Position numbers and translations under genes: made by a program | Part shown: positions 35,331 to 48,800 of the stretch, piece by piece | Numbering within the stretch: the stretch's first letter is position 1 | How the letters are laid out: each line of letters opens with the position of its first letter | Source of the DNA: Lama glama | Taxonomy: Eukaryota | Length of the DNA: 64,000 bases | Direction of reading: 5' to 3' | NCBI GenBank assembly: GCA_028534125.1 | Contig: CM052817.1 | Location: 108,688,001 to 108,752,000, forward strand | The notes under the pieces: generated by a model | Database searches by the model: none | What the model was told of the DNA's origin: nothing | The model's input: the letters and a program-made list of their open reading frames with translations, nothing else

Positions 35331-36095
35331 GGGTATGGAGAAAAGAGAACCCTCCTACGCTGCCGGTGGGAATGTAGTTTGTTGCAGCCATTATGGAAAA
35401 CAGTATAGAGTTTCCTCAAAAAACTAAAAATAGACTTAACCTATGATCCAGCAATCCCACTTCTGGGTATATATCTGGAAGGAAGTCTAATTTGAAAAGA
35501 TATATGAACCCCAATATTCACAGCAGCACTATTTACAATAGCTAATACATGGAAGCAACCTAAATGTCCATTAACAGATGACTGGATAAAAAAGCTCTGG
35601 TATATTTATACAGTGAAATATTATGCAGCCACAAAAAAGAATAAAATAAAATAATGCCATTTGCAGCAACATGGATAGACCTAGAGATCGTCGTTCTAAG
35701 TGCAGTAAGCTAGGAAGAGAAAGAAAAATGCCATATGATATCACACATATGTGGAATCTAAAAAAAAAAAAAAGAAAAGAAAAAAAGGACCCTAATAAAC
35801 TCATCTACAAAACAGAAAAAGACTCGCAGACCTAGTAAACAATCTTATGGTTACCAGAGAAAGGGGGTGGGAAAGGATAAATTTGGGAGTTTGAGATTTA
35901 CAAGTGTTAGCCACTGTATACAAAAATAGATTTTTAAAAGAAGTTTCTTCTGTATAGCACAGAGAGCTATGATAAACGTCTTGTAGTAACCTTTAATGAA
36001 AATGAATATACTTATGTATATGCATGACTGGGACATTGTGCTGTACACCAGAAACTGACACATTGTAACTGACTGTACTTCAGTTAAAAAAAAAA
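35331..36095 (+). mobile_element. 5'-truncated L1 (end of ORF2 + 3' UTR)
   Basis: GGAGAAAAGAGAACCCTCCTAC..GGTGGGAATGT..TATGATCCAGCAATCCCACT..; 3' UTR and poly-A; CAGT(A/G)AATT on both flanks. Confidence 0.95.
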
Positions 36096-36304
36096 TCAGT
36101 GAATTGTTGTAATGAACAAATGTCATGCTTGGGTCTTTCCACAGTGCGGGCAATGTGATAAGTAAGCTGGTTTCCCTGAGGGTGAACAATGAGGTGTAAG
36201 CTGACATTCTGAGCCACTGCTGTCTACAAACCCGAAACTTGTGGAAGATGGCTCGCACCAGGAGGTCGATGACGGTGATCCGAGTAATGATAGCCTAATT
36301 GGAA

Positions 36305-36480
36305 AATGTGCTTTAGACGTAATGTAACCCCCACAGGGCTCCTGTGTGTGGCTATTACTCTCATTAGACAGAGGAGGAGACTGAGGCACAGGAAATGGTG
36401 GTGTTTGCCTTCGCAGCATCCATTTGGGATGTGGCAGATCAGGCAGTCTGGTTCCACAGCCGGAGCACTTGACCTCTAAT
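36305..36480 (-). mobile_element. MIR SINE
   Basis: CATTAGACAGAGGAGGAGACTGAGGCACAG...CAGGCAGTCTGGTTCCA. Confidence 0.7.
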
Positions 36481-37199
36481 AGCCTCTTGACCCCGACAGA
36501 TACTGCCTCCTCAGGGAGGAGTCTAGATATTAGATTTCTTGAGAACAATTCTCACTAACGCTCCTTTTGGATTTGGAGTCACGGTTCTCCCATTAAGGCC
36601 TCTTGTTATCATCTCTAAATGTTCCTGTGACGCAGCATGTCTTTACACCCGGACGAGGATGACGAAGTATCAGAACGGCGTTTGGGTTTGTACCAGCGGG
36701 TGATCGTGCAGAGCCTGCAACCTCCTGCCCCAACACTCATGTCCCTTCCAGCCAACTGGGGCCGGAGAGGGCTCAGATTAAGGGCAGGGTCTTTCTATCC
36801 TTGGAACATGTCAGAAAGTCTCTGCTCTTGTCAGCACTGGGTGATTCTGAAACCCCTCCTTCCCCTTCAGCCCCGCTCACAGGTACATTAAGATGACAAC
36901 ACACAGCCACGAATTAGATGCCCTCCTGCTTAGGATGGTTTCTGTAAGGAAAACATTGCCAATGGCCAACTCTTTTTATATGATGCCCCGACTCCTCACT
37001 CGTGTATCTGTGAAAGATGTCTGTTTCTCTTCCTCTGGATTTAACCTCTCCTGGTACATAAACTATGACCTTAAACACTTAGAAATGCGTTCTGTTTTTT
37101 CAGGAGTGGGGGGTAGTATGCTTGGTAAGTCTGCATTTTAAAGGTGCAATCTTCTATCTCATTTGGATGGTAGAGGTAAGATTTAGAAAACTCAGTTTG

Positions 37200-37308
37200 A
37201 GGGGGAAGATATAGCTCAAGTGGTACAGCACGTGCTTAGCATGCACAAGGTCCTGGGTTTAATTCCCAGTACCTCCATTAAGATAAATAAAATAAAATTT
37301 AAAAAAAT
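37200..37308 (+). mobile_element. Vic-1-type SINE (short tail)
   Basis: GGGGGAAGATATAGCTCAAGTGGTACAGCACGTGCTTAGCATGCACAAGGTCCTGGGTTTAATTCCCAGTACCTCC. Confidence 0.9.
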
Positions 37309-37562
37309 AGTGATTTGGCTTCGCAGCTATATCCCTTTGCTTAACACATTTCCTCCTTCTGCTAAATAAAATTTATTTAAATATTTTATTCTTGATAAGA
37401 AAAATTTGCAAATAATTCTGAAAAAACACACCATACTCTGAAAACTTCCTGAACCCCCAGCCACGTCCACCCAGGCCAGAGTTACTGCCTGCAGATGGTC
37501 TCAACACTCCTCTGAAAACTCAGTCTGTTTCATCACTGACACCATCAAGGTTAAAAAAAAAA

Positions 37563-37582
37563 AATATATATATATATATATA
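37563..37582. repeat. (TA)n microsatellite following an A run
   Basis: AAAAAAAAAAATATATATATATATATA. Confidence 0.85.
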
Positions 37583-37591
37583 AGGAAGGAG

Positions 37592-37729
37592 AGGGAGGGG
37601 ATAGCTCAGTGGCAGAGCATGTGCTTAGCATGCGCAAGGTCCTGGGCTCAATCCCCAGCACCTCCATTAAAATGAATAAGTAAATAAATCTAGTTACTTC
37701 TCCCCTTAAAAATAATACATTAAAAAAAA
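37592..37729 (+). mobile_element. Vic-1-type SINE
   Basis: GGGAGGGGATAGCTCAGTGGCAGAGCATGTGCTTAGCATGCGCAAGGTCCTGGGCTCAATCCCCAGCACCTCC plus standard tail. Confidence 0.9.
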
Positions 37730-38690
37730 GGATTTGGAATGCTTTTATACTGAGACAACAGAGAAATGGAAAAACTTTCAGAATGCTGTACAGGGAAGCT
37801 GAGAATGAAAATGAGGCTCACTTGTTGTCTGATCAGTGGAAATCATGAGAAATCATGTCTGTTTCTCAAGGACCACGGCCAAGAACCAGAGCTCACTAGT
37901 GGCCCAAGTGGACTGAAAACACCATCTCCAGACTCCCACCCTAAGACTCTTTAAGACACAAAAGGGGACTAGGTGTCTTTTAATAATATTGTCTTCATTT
38001 TATTTCACAGATTTGCCTGCTTGCCTAGGGGTGCAGTTGGGATCTGAAAAATTCAAAGGAGCATCGAGAAATTCTTCTCTTCAGATATTTCTAAAACAGA
38101 GCGAAGTGTACCGATTAACCTGATCACACTAAGCGCCTGAGCCACCCTGTTTACCCCAGGGCCTGATACAAAGGCTCTTTCATGACTTTCAGAAGGTATG
38201 TGGCAATCGTAAAGAGTTATGCTGGGCTGTTAAGGAGGAATGTTTTTTCTTGGACAGATAAGGATCAGGTGAGTCTTTGTGGTGCCAGAAATAAGATAAA
38301 ATTTCACTTCGAGCTGGAGCTGTGTTGATCTGCTTATCCACGTGACATGTAGCCACTCAGAGCCTTTGGGGCCACAGAGGGACCCGCCTGGATTACTCCC
38401 CCTCCGCCAAGAGAGGCAAGGGCTCCACGCTGACAGCCCCTCGGATGCGCTGGCCACGCCAACAGCTGCACCTACCTGCTGGCATCATGCTCAGTCTATC
38501 TCAAGGGAAATAAGGCAGTTAGAAGGCTTCTTTTATAAAGTCAGTAAACGGCATCTGACCTACAGTGGAAACCCCATATTTAACTGCAGTTTGCAAGTCA
38601 TGTTTTTCCCTTTGGCCTATTTCTACTTATTTATTTTTTTCATAGAGTTCACAGCAAAACTGTTTATTCTAAGCAACAAATCACACTTTC

Positions 38691-38829
38691 GGGGGGTAGT
38701 GTGTCTCTCCGCGGTAGAGAGTTTTCTTAGCATACACAAGGTCTTGGGTTCAACCCCCAGTGCCTCCATTAAAAAGATAAGTAAATAAACCTAATTACTT
38801 CCCCCCTCAAAAATAAAGTTAAAAAAAAC
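38691..38829 (+). mobile_element. Vic-1-type SINE (diverged head)
   Basis: CTTAGCATACACAAGGTCTTGGGTTCAACCCCCAGTGCCTCC..AAATAAACCTAATTACTTCCCCCC. Confidence 0.85.
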
Positions 38830-41800
38830 TCCCACAGTTTCCTCTGACCTCCTTCCTTTCTTGCTGTTAACTGTGATAACTATGATTTCAGCTTTTCAAA
38901 AGCACCACGTGTGGTCCTCGTCCAAGGCTGACATTTATTTTGGGAAATATAATTTTTCAGTTTATGGGGATGCATCAACCCTTGTGTTCATTTCTGTTAA
39001 AACTTTTTCAATGAAGAAACTTTTTGCGAAGCCGAAGTTTCTTACTAACATCCTTGAAATCAGGTTCGTTAGTTTCTCTACGTTCAAATTGCAGAAGTGG
39101 ATTTTCAGATCACAGCTCCCAGACCAAGTCCGAATCCCACACGTGTAATCAGATAGAAGTTCTTGGGTTGCACGCCATTCAGCAATCTGACCAAACAGAC
39201 CTGAAATGTGAACCCCACGGCAGGTATGAACTCCAGGGAGACTTTGGCAAAGAGAGATCGCACCTGTTCCAGCTTCTGGTAAAATAAATCACAGTTATAG
39301 AAAGAACTGCCTGTTAGCAATAGAAGAACACCCTTCGGCACACTTTTTCTGTTATTCAGACTGAAAATCAAAAGACCAGCTCCCCTCTGCATATCTTCAC
39401 TCATAGACAAGTAGTTGCTTTTGTTTTTATTAAAGCTGATTTTTCTAATATGACCCATAAGTATAGTCCTCTGCCATTTCTTACTGTCTCAGCAGTGTCA
39501 ACTAAAATCCTTTAAAATATTCAAAGGGCTTAGATAGTCCGAGACCAAGGGTCTTCTAAAGTAGGGTGTCATTGGCAGCCAGATTTCGCCAATATGAGTC
39601 TGTCACTCAACTTTTCATTGTTCATGATGACAAACTGGAGAATGCAGCCACAGACTGAGAAATACACAAGTACTGTTTATTTTAGGAATGCACCTGTGGT
39701 ACCTCACAGTGCTCAGCAGGGCGGGGTTGTCCAAGCTGCTCCGCCCTTTGACATTTCCTTATGAGCGATGCTGATAGAGGCCAGAAATAATTCATGAACC
39801 ATAGAACAGCTAATTTCACTCAAATCTTTCTTAGGCTAAAACATTGAACAGGATCATTCTCAAAAGAAACCGCCTTTTCTCATTCTAAGGAGCAATTTCA
39901 TTAAAAAAAAAATCCAAATCGTTAGCTAAAACCAATCCATCACAGTCACCATTCAGGAGCTGTGCCTCCAATACATCAAAGTTAATAAAGGCCTATTATA
40001 AAATGAATTTTAAAAAAAATTGCATGGTTCTTTCATTATGTTCATGGTGGAGCATTTACGTGATTGCTATGTGAGTCATTCTTTTTAATATGTCTGCTAT
40101 TCTAGCTGGGACATTAAAAAAAAATCTATATAAATGTCATTCCACTACATCACACACTTAGGTACTAAATCACACAAAAATGAATGTCAAATGTGAACAC
40201 TACTAATAGGAAAAACCTAGAAAAGGAACATAGTATGTTTAATTAAAGGCAAAAGTCATTTGTACCACAGACAGTGATTAATAGGCATAAGAATATCTAT
40301 GAACAAGGCAGACTGAGTTTTTGAAAGTTTCCTCACTGTACACTTTGCTATATCATTTTGTCTCTCCTTCTATGGGATACCCTGACCTAGTTCACTAAAT
40401 AGGAAACGACACGTTCAACATAGTCAAGGTATTTTGCGTTTGCTGTAGTTCATTATTTCTTATGTCTTAATTATCGTAAAGCATTATAAACTTTACCACA
40501 AGGATTAAAAGCATTCAAGTTGAGTTATTTAAGTGTTATGGTTGATTATGGGAACAGAGACATTTCCTTAGTTCACTGCCTGAAAGAATGCCCTTGCCCT
40601 ATTGATGTCACCCTGTAATTCTTACTTCAAGTGCTCAGTCATGGGAACTTTACTGTCAGCATAAATTTTCTTCTTTGACCACAAATTGGCTCATCTGCAA
40701 ATCTGCAGGTCTTTGTACAGCAGGTTTGAAAGGGTGAATGAAAGTCAGAATGTCAATATATTTATTGGCAAAATGACAACAACCCATTACCTTTTCTGTA
40801 GCATTTTCATTTCTATAAGGAATTCACTGTGATTTCATTTGTCTTCTGAATAAGAGCCATTCAAAGAAAAAAATTATGTAGAATTTAAAATTCTTAAAGC
40901 TTCTGGAGAACATGGGGGGTCTGTATTTTCCACCAGCCATAAGTAAAATAACTGATTTACTCTTAGGAGTTACTCCACTGAGTAGCCCAGATCACTGACT
41001 CCATTTAAACCACAGACACTTCTGTTACACTTCCTGGTAACCTCAGTTTTTAGGGAGATAATTGAAGACATATGAATTTGCTTTTGCCTATATTTCCCTA
41101 AAAGGTACTCTGAAACTTTTTTTTAAAAGAATTAAACAAGCATAATGATGGTGGTGGTGGGCATGGGGCAGTGACTAAGAGAGTTCTGGCCCCTGACCTC
41201 TGTTTACACTGACTATTGGGGAAAATAAAGAATTTAACTGGGGATTGCAGGAAGGTGTGATTGTTTTAATAGAGGAAGTGCAGAGTACTTTAAGGTGGTG
41301 TGTGGAGACACGAGTCTAACCTAGTTCCAAGTACGTTGGAAAGGTCTGCAAAGGAATGACTTTTTAAGGTATAATCTAAAGACAGCCTGTTGAGTAGCAG
41401 GCAGCTGGGCAAATACAGGGAGGGAGGAAGGGAGAAGGCATTACAGATGAAGGGAGACTGAGCGGGAGCCCAGATCCCAGAGCCTGGCAAGTCTCATAGG
41501 ACGAAGCGAGTCCCATGTGTCTGGAGAGGAACCCGAGACGGGAGATGCTGCTGTGGGAAGGCTTTGTGAATTACATCACAGGTAGCAGGAAGCCACGCAG
41601 GTGGCAGGGAAGTGGTCCATACATGTTTTAAGAAGGTCCTTCTGTTCCAGCGTGGACCAACAATTGAATGACCAAACATTTTCATCATTCACCCTTGTCA
41701 GGATGAAATTTTGAGCAGCTACCTTCAATGCAGTTAAATATAGTTATTTGTAAATTTGATAGGTCTACTTGATTGATTGGCCAGTATCTATCTGACTGGC

Positions 41801-42994
41801 CAGTATCTCAAGATCCAGTGTGCATTTTGGCTAAAGTTCATTAATAATAACTAATAGAGAATTTAAAATTCTATCTGATTTCTTGTCAATTTGATTAGAT
41901 TAGCATTGTTTCTGCCTGATGATGCAGCTAAGAGAAAACTAAATTTAGAATTTTATGCTCTGATATTTTCTTTTTTCTTTTTTTTCTCCTTTTTCAGTTT
42001 TATTAGGTAGAATTATTACAGGTCGACTGCACATACACATTATATTGCATATAAATTCATATATACAGTATACAGCACATTTTTTTTGAGTTTACATATA
42101 GGTACTAATTATTGTTTCTAAGAACAGATTAGATCTTTGGCTTTTTAAACTTACATAGTTACCAAAGGAATAAAGCCAACTACAAAATAAGAATCAACAG
42201 AATGCGGTAATCCAATCCTAAAGGACAGTCAGATGTGCTCACACATATTCAAGAAATCAAAATAATAACTCTGATACTTTCTTATTCTGAGTAGTTGATC
42301 AAAACACACACTTGTCAAAGTCTGTGCCTGAACCAGCAGTAACACTGGAAGTGATGCAAGTGCAGATTTCTGGATCCTACTTTAGTTTTATTGGTGTAGA
42401 AACATTCAGGATATCGCGCAAGAAGCTGGGTTCCAAACAAATATCCCAGGTGAGCCCGATGCCCAGCTTGAAAGTCATTGATCTTTGCTGGTGTTAAACT
42501 TTGGCTGCAGAACCAGTGTGGACTCACAGAGAGCTACCTTCTAGAATGACAGCCGCTCAGTCAAGCCATCAGCTAGTCGTTTTGCCTGAGGGTTCTCTTG
42601 TCTTGAAGTCCTTCTACCTCAAACTCTAGAGAACCTGGGGAAGATTTATCTTACTAAGTCTTTCACTAGCCAACTGACTTACAAAAAAGAAGCAAGTTCT
42701 TAGGGTTTTGATATTGTTATTACTATTATTTGATAAGACATTGTGCAGAATTTCGGACAAGGTGCGATTACCTTACTCAGCACTCACAGATGCGTCAGGA
42801 CTGTTTTACACAGCACATCCAGTGCCGCTACAACTGAACCGTTAAACACCATGTCGCTCACATATAGTTACATACATTTCCCTCTTGATAGAGGATGTTG
42901 CATTTTTGTCTACCCTCCTTCGATTTGAGGCTTCTAAATTACCCTGATGATAAAATATGAACGCTATTTTTTTCTGTGAAGTTTTTTGATTTTT

Positions 42995-43390
42995 GTTTTA
43001 TTTAACTATAGTTGATTTAAAATATTGTGTTAATTTTAGGGGTACAACCTTGGATTCTTTTCCATTATAGGCCATTACAAGGTGCTGAACACAGTTCCCT
43101 GGGCTGTACAGTACGTCCTTGTTTTTTTTATCTATTTTATATACGGTAGTGTGTAACTGCTAACCCCACACTCCTAATATACCCCTCCCCTTTCCCATAT
43201 GGTAACCATAAATTTGCTGTCTATGTCTGTGAGTCTATTTCTGTTCTGTAAATAAGTTCGTTTGTATCATCTTTTTACATTCCTCATACAAGTGATATCG
43301 TATGATATTTGTCTCTGTTTGATTTACTTCATTCCGTCTGATCATCTCTAGGTCCATCCGTGCTGCTGGAAATGGCATTATTAAATTCTT
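42995..43390 (-). mobile_element. L1 3'-end fragment (older artiodactyl type)
   Basis: TATAGTTGATTTA.AATATTGTGTTA...AGTTCCCTG.GCTGTACAGTA...GGTAACCATAAATTTG...TCTCTAGGTCCATCC..GCTG.AAATGGCATTATT. Confidence 0.9.
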
Positions 43391-43874
43391 TTCACAACAT
43401 CTGAAAATACAATAAAATACAAATTCAAGTAAAACTTTGACTTTCCCTGGCACACTTGAGCTTTACAGAGACTAACAAGTAATAAAATTCATGTGCACTT
43501 GCATCTGTTACTTGCTCCGTATTTAGAGAGTTTAAGATGGTAAATCCTGGCTACAATGGTGCGGATTTCTGGAGAAAATGAAAAGGGCTTAGTCGTGTTT
43601 GAAAGTGTTGAGCGCAGCTCGACTTTACTTAATTTCCTTTGGAGACCGGTTTGCATTGTTTTGGAATTACTCATGAACTATTTAGTTGCAAATGCTCAAA
43701 ACACAAGCCCACTGGAGATCCTTTGAAAATTCAACCCCAAATCTCCAAAGCCTTTAGCTCAATTTTGCTCAGAGAATAATATCTGAGAACATGAATACCA
43801 TTTTCTCAGGTTGGCCTCTCAATCCATTCTTGATGGGATTAACGGGGTCACAGAAAAAGCAAGGATTTCAGAGG

Positions 43875-44060
43875 AATTGCGCCTGCATTTGACACTTTCA
43901 GTACCACTTGCTGCCTGTGAAATGTGCTCCAAGGGAATTTATCTCACTCTCTGTGACTTTTTGTCATGACTTAGATGGTTGTTCTGACGTTTATATTCAT
44001 TATGCTTTTATCATACGCATTAATATATTAAGTCTGACACAGCACAAGCATTGTCAAATC
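43875..44060 (+). mobile_element. Degraded MIR
   Basis: TACCACTTGCTGCCTGTGA..CTCTCTGTG..GGTTGTTCTGA..CTGACACAG. Confidence 0.4.
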
Positions 44061-44569
44061 TAAGTGGTCCAGGGAGGAGAAGGGGTGGTAAAGGATGCTG
44101 GGCCCTGGGGAGGCCCCAGAAGACTCCCCATGGAATGGAGACCCCTGGGGGCCGCACTGGAAGAACACCAAGTATGTTATTTGTCTTGAGAAAGAGAAGG
44201 TGGAAGAGGCAGTGAAAGGGAAGGAATTAGAAGTGGGGCGTGTAGACAGGCTCAGTCGAGTCAGTGTTGGGGTTTGGGGCCAGTTTTCAGATGGGACCTC
44301 TAGTCAAATTCTGGCACCAAATGGTTTAATAGAGGATGTCTTGTTCCTGAGACTGAGCTCGGACTGGTTTCTACAAATGTCAGGGTCTCCTTTCCTGCCT
44401 TGGGCTCATTCCATCCTTAGCCAGGTTTCCTCGTGAAGTCGACCCTCTACTTCTAACTATACCTGCAGATGTGCTCATTCTTCCTTACTTGCATCATTTC
44501 AAAGGAAGACTAAGACTACTTCTTTCCAACGGTTCTCTTACCTCCTTTCTGAGATCTTCAATTATTCCT

Positions 44570-45045
44570 TCTCTATCAGCTTATTCCCCTCAGCTTACAA
44601 CCAGCTTACAACCAGGTGCCAGGAGATGGTTACTGACAGCCTCTCACACTGAGCTTCTGCAGGGTCTGCCTCAGCCTTTGAGCCCAAGACACATTATTTT
44701 AGGAGATACGGATACCCAGCCAATGGCTGAGTCAGGTGGCAGTCGCTTAAGGACAAGCTCTTCTTGGAGTAGCCCCCAGCAGTTCCTGCTCAAGCCGGTG
44801 GCCCAAGATTTCCACCCAAAGCAGACAGCGCTGTTTGTCAGTCTTGGCTCCAGGGTCAGGTTGAGCCAGTGGAAACTTTCTCAGACACGCATTATGTGGT
44901 AATGATTCGTTCCTCCCATCCCGCGGCCTTTCTTTCCTTTCTTTTCCTTTCCTTTCCTTTTTCTTCTTCTTTTCTTCTTAATTGAAGTGCTGCTGCCTCT
45001 TTTCCTTCCCCGTGCATTATCTCGATAAAACTTCTACTTTAACAT
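44570..45045 (+). mobile_element. ERVL LTR (LTR16/LTR33-like)
   Basis: GACAGCCTCTCA..CTGCCTCAGCCT..CCAGCCAATGGCTGA.. layout typical of old ERVL LTRs; diverged. Confidence 0.45.
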
Positions 45046-45087
45046 AGAATCTATTTTCTGTCTTTCTTATCGTGTTCAATATCAGAT

Positions 45088-45870
45088 TACTCTCCTAATG
45101 GTGGACATTTGGGTGGTTTTTAGTTTGGACTATTGTGAATAAAGATGCTATGAAGCTATGTGGCAGGTTTTGTGGACAGAAATTTTAAGTTCTTTGGGTA
45201 AATTTCCATTTATGAATGGTGTCCTTGGGTTTGGCAGACCTCCAGCAAGCAGCAGATGAGGGTTCCAGTTGCTTCATATTCTTATCAGTATTTTGTCAGT
45301 CTTTTACATTTGATTTCTAGGTGGTATGAAGGAATGTCTCATTTTTATATAGATCAGTTGTGTTCAGCACCTTATAACATGCACTTTCTTACAGACCAAC
45401 ATTGTTCATCTTTTAATATGTCTAATTTTCCATTTTTCTATCTTCCGTATTTTGTCCATTTTTATTATACTGTTTGACTTTGGGGCACAAGTTCTTTGTC
45501 AAATATATGTTTTTGTGAATATTTTACCAGCCTATCTCAACTTTTTAATAATTTTTAAACATTTTTTATTGATTTATAATCATTTTACATTTAATAATAT
45601 TTTTAATGTGCAGAAATTTCCTATTACTTTTCTAATGATATTTTTAATGTGCAGAAGTTTACATTTTGATGAAGCTGATTTATGGATTTTTTTATCATTA
45701 ATATTTTCATGTGTTTTGTCTAAGAAATCTGTGTCAACCCAAAGTCATGAAGATACTCTCCTAGGTTATCTTCTAGAAGCTTTATAGCTTTAGCTATTTG
45801 TGTTCAATCATAGTATCTACTTCAAATTGATGTTTTGTGTATGGGATAAGGTGTGAATCAAATATCTTTT
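45088..45870 (-). mobile_element. Old L1M ORF2/3' fragments
   Basis: TGGTGGACATTTGGGTGGTTTTTAGTTTGGACTATTGTGAATAAAGATGCTATGAA; GATGAGGGTTCCAGTTGCTTCATATTCTT; CCAAAGTCATGAAGAT..TCTAGAAGCTTTATAG. Confidence 0.8.
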
Positions 45871-48800
45871 GATAAAATTGTTTTTTGTGGTTTTCTGAAC
45901 TTCTTGTTGAAGTATAGAATAAAAGTCACACTTAATTTTATGTAAATAGACTAATTCTTGTTAATATTCACGTGTCTCCAAAAAGGGAGAGACATACAGG
46001 TGCCCCTCACACTCAGGCCTGTACACACGTTGAACAAGAGAAAATAAGATAATTGGGTGCAAGTCCTCAGCTGGCTGAGGAAGTGAGCAGAATGCTGACA
46101 GCTAAAGGAAGGAAGGAAGACGGAAACTCGGAAAAGGCAAGGAGAGGGGGTAACAGATCACGCTAGTTCAATCACGAGTTCAAACACATGGAGAGAAAAG
46201 AGAGAGAAAGGTCTTGACAATGTAATTCTTCAAGATAAAGGATTGAGTTGCAGAATATTATTTATTTTCATGCTAAAAGCATAGTTTCAGGCTTCTGGCT
46301 AAGTGAAGCATCCCCAATTTGGGACTCAGAGATACATAGCTGTTTAAAAGAGGAGGAGTCATTTTGATTTAAAGATTCATATAAAATCAAGGCTTATTAT
46401 TTTGGAAGGGTGCTTTCAGGAATTTCTAACTTTTCACATTAAAGTAGTTTATTTATTTTCAGATTAGAGCATTTTGAAAGTCTTAAGGGCTGTCGTCTCA
46501 CCTTTCTACCCAAGAATTCCCCTTTTTGAGATCAAAGAAAGAATAATGCATTTCCTGCCTTTGATGAAAACCATGCTATTGCTTTGTCATCACGGAGACA
46601 AAGGACATCAGATCAAAATAATTGGGAGCAAATCCCTCTGGACAGTTGCCAGGTCAAACCTGAGGTACCCGGGCTCTGATGAGAGAGAGAGACTCAAGTA
46701 AACACTCGTGTGAACCCTTGCCCTGATTAATCATGGTCGCTAACATTTCTGTACATTCACAACTATCTTTTACAGAAACAGTGACTGATGATTTTGAAGC
46801 AAAAACGTGCATAGTCGTAATTTTTATATTTTGTAGCTATAAAATGAAAATGTTTCGAATCTTCCAAAGAAATCATACATAGAATTTTCCCCCCAAATAG
46901 AAAAAGGATACTATATGGTCAGGCTATAGGAATGTCTAAGGTGCCTTATCTTTATGCACCTTACAAATGAAATCAATAAATCAGTTCTTTTTGATAGCAT
47001 GTTGTCCAACAGTGCAGAGTAAAAATACAATGTCTAAGGGTGAAGATATTATACAGCGGTGTAGTGTATGGATTCCTGGCTTCAAACACTTTTTATTCTT
47101 TTTTTTTTTTTTTGGTTTCTTTATAAAGCTGGGAAAAAAACAAGTCAAAAAGTAAAAGCTACTGAGGCAACTGTATTGGTTTGTTAGCAACCTTTATTAT
47201 TTAATTTAATTTTCTTCAAACTAAATTTTTTTGTAGCTCTGAGCTTCAGAGACCAGAAAGAAGGTGATACAATACAATATAATGTTGGAGGCAGAACAGT
47301 AATGTTTGTCTACTAAAGCAACTTTTTTTTTTGATTGGAAGGAAAACCACTTTATAATTTTCTACATATAGGAACTGCATTTTGTAGTTTGTTATTTTAT
47401 TTTTCATCTTTTTTTTTTGTACAAGGAGATTAAATTGTAAAAAAAAATAAACCCTCTAGTTCTATATTTTAAAAATATAAAATCAGGCACTGAGAAGTCA
47501 GGAGTGCAGAGAAGATGTGCTGACTTAGGAGCAAGGCATTAGCAGGCGGGGTAGACGAAGTGGGAAGATTAGAGGAAGCCGGTGATTACAGGCGGCCGAG
47601 GGGAAGCGGGGGACGGCAGGGCGGTCACCGGCACTGACTTCTGCAGACGCTGGTGCAGCCGCAGACAGAAGGCTGACATCAGAGCTGAGAGTCACTCACT
47701 GGTCTTAGGAAAACATCCTCTTGAAGAGCGTTGGGAACCGTGCCCTCTGTAAATCATAGATGCGAAAGCAACATCCTTTGTTGAAATCAAATTTCAGTTA
47801 GCTATTGTGTAGAAACTTTGGACGTTAATCACAAAGTTATTTAGGCAAACTTGTTCCTTGAGATTTATTTTCTAGTTACCTCTTTACTCATTTTTAAGTG
47901 CAAGTATCACTGACATTCATCCCACTGCTTTCGAGAACATGAAGCATAAATAGAATGCTTCTCTTTCAACGATTCGTGCTTGCTAAGCCTAGCGGGTCAG
48001 CCGGGCACGTCGGCCCAGCGTCTTCCATTCATCTGGAATTAGTTGCTCAACTGGCAGGGCCAGAGCTCAGTAGAAAGAGGGCCGGGCGTGCAGATACAAA
48101 CCTGTTAAATGCTGGCATGTCTGAGGAGGGATTTGTGATGTATTTGGAGAAGTTAACAGAAGAGGCTTGCAAGCCTCAGGATATAAGCAAGATAATTTAT
48201 CAATTCCGTTGGTTTGTTCTAAGGTTTACTGAGTGCATTTAGGTGCCAAATATTCAGTACGCTGGAAATACAGCGGTGACAGCAGTGACAAACCCTCTGC
48301 TTTCCGGAAGCCCCCCTTCCACACTGTAAATAGTGGGTTTAAATTGAATTCTGACCTCCAGAGGAGAGGGAGTCCAGGCAGAATCAGAGGAGCCAGGTGA
48401 GGTCTGGGAAGAAGAGAAACAAATCCCAGGGGAATTTTGTCTTAATTTCACATGATTATAAAATACTAGAATTAGTACCGTTAAAAAACTGGTTAGAATT
48501 AACAGCATCAAATGGAAGGAACAGTGATACTAGATATTAATGTTTTACATATAAAGAAACACATTCCATATTAAATAAAAAGATACATTTATAAGAAACT
48601 TAATATTAAGTTGATATTATTATTTAAATACAAATTAGCAAGTGATATTTTTGTCTCACTCAATTAAAAGTAAACATTGTAAAAGGTAGATAATTTGTTG
48701 TTTTATTAAATGTATCCTTAAAAAAAAAAACGTGTATCAGCAGTGTCATGGTTGAGGTTTGTGAAAATTTCTCTAGTTTAGAAAAGTACTTTAAAAAGTG

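Noticed and set aside
37592..37667. tRNA-Ala(AGC)-like sequence (and the other similar copies)
   Set aside because: These are SINE heads, with mutated T-loop/stems, followed by the SINE-specific tail and often flanked by TSDs; not tRNA genes
41585..41610. CTCF-like motifs (CGCAGGTGGCAG here; CTAGGTGGCAG at ~5781)
   Set aside because: 5' positions of the core mismatch the consensus; cannot be supported without PWM or ChIP data
41775..41808. Short tandem duplication GA(T/C)TGGCCAGTATCT (similar ones at ~18491 and ~44591)
   Set aside because: Two-copy slippage duplications with no array or spacer structure; not CRISPR-like
41965..42012. Strong pyrimidine tract + AG followed by 9 nt and GTAGAA (microexon-like)
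   Set aside because: Looks like the reversed poly-A end of an old L1 fragment; the donor is weak
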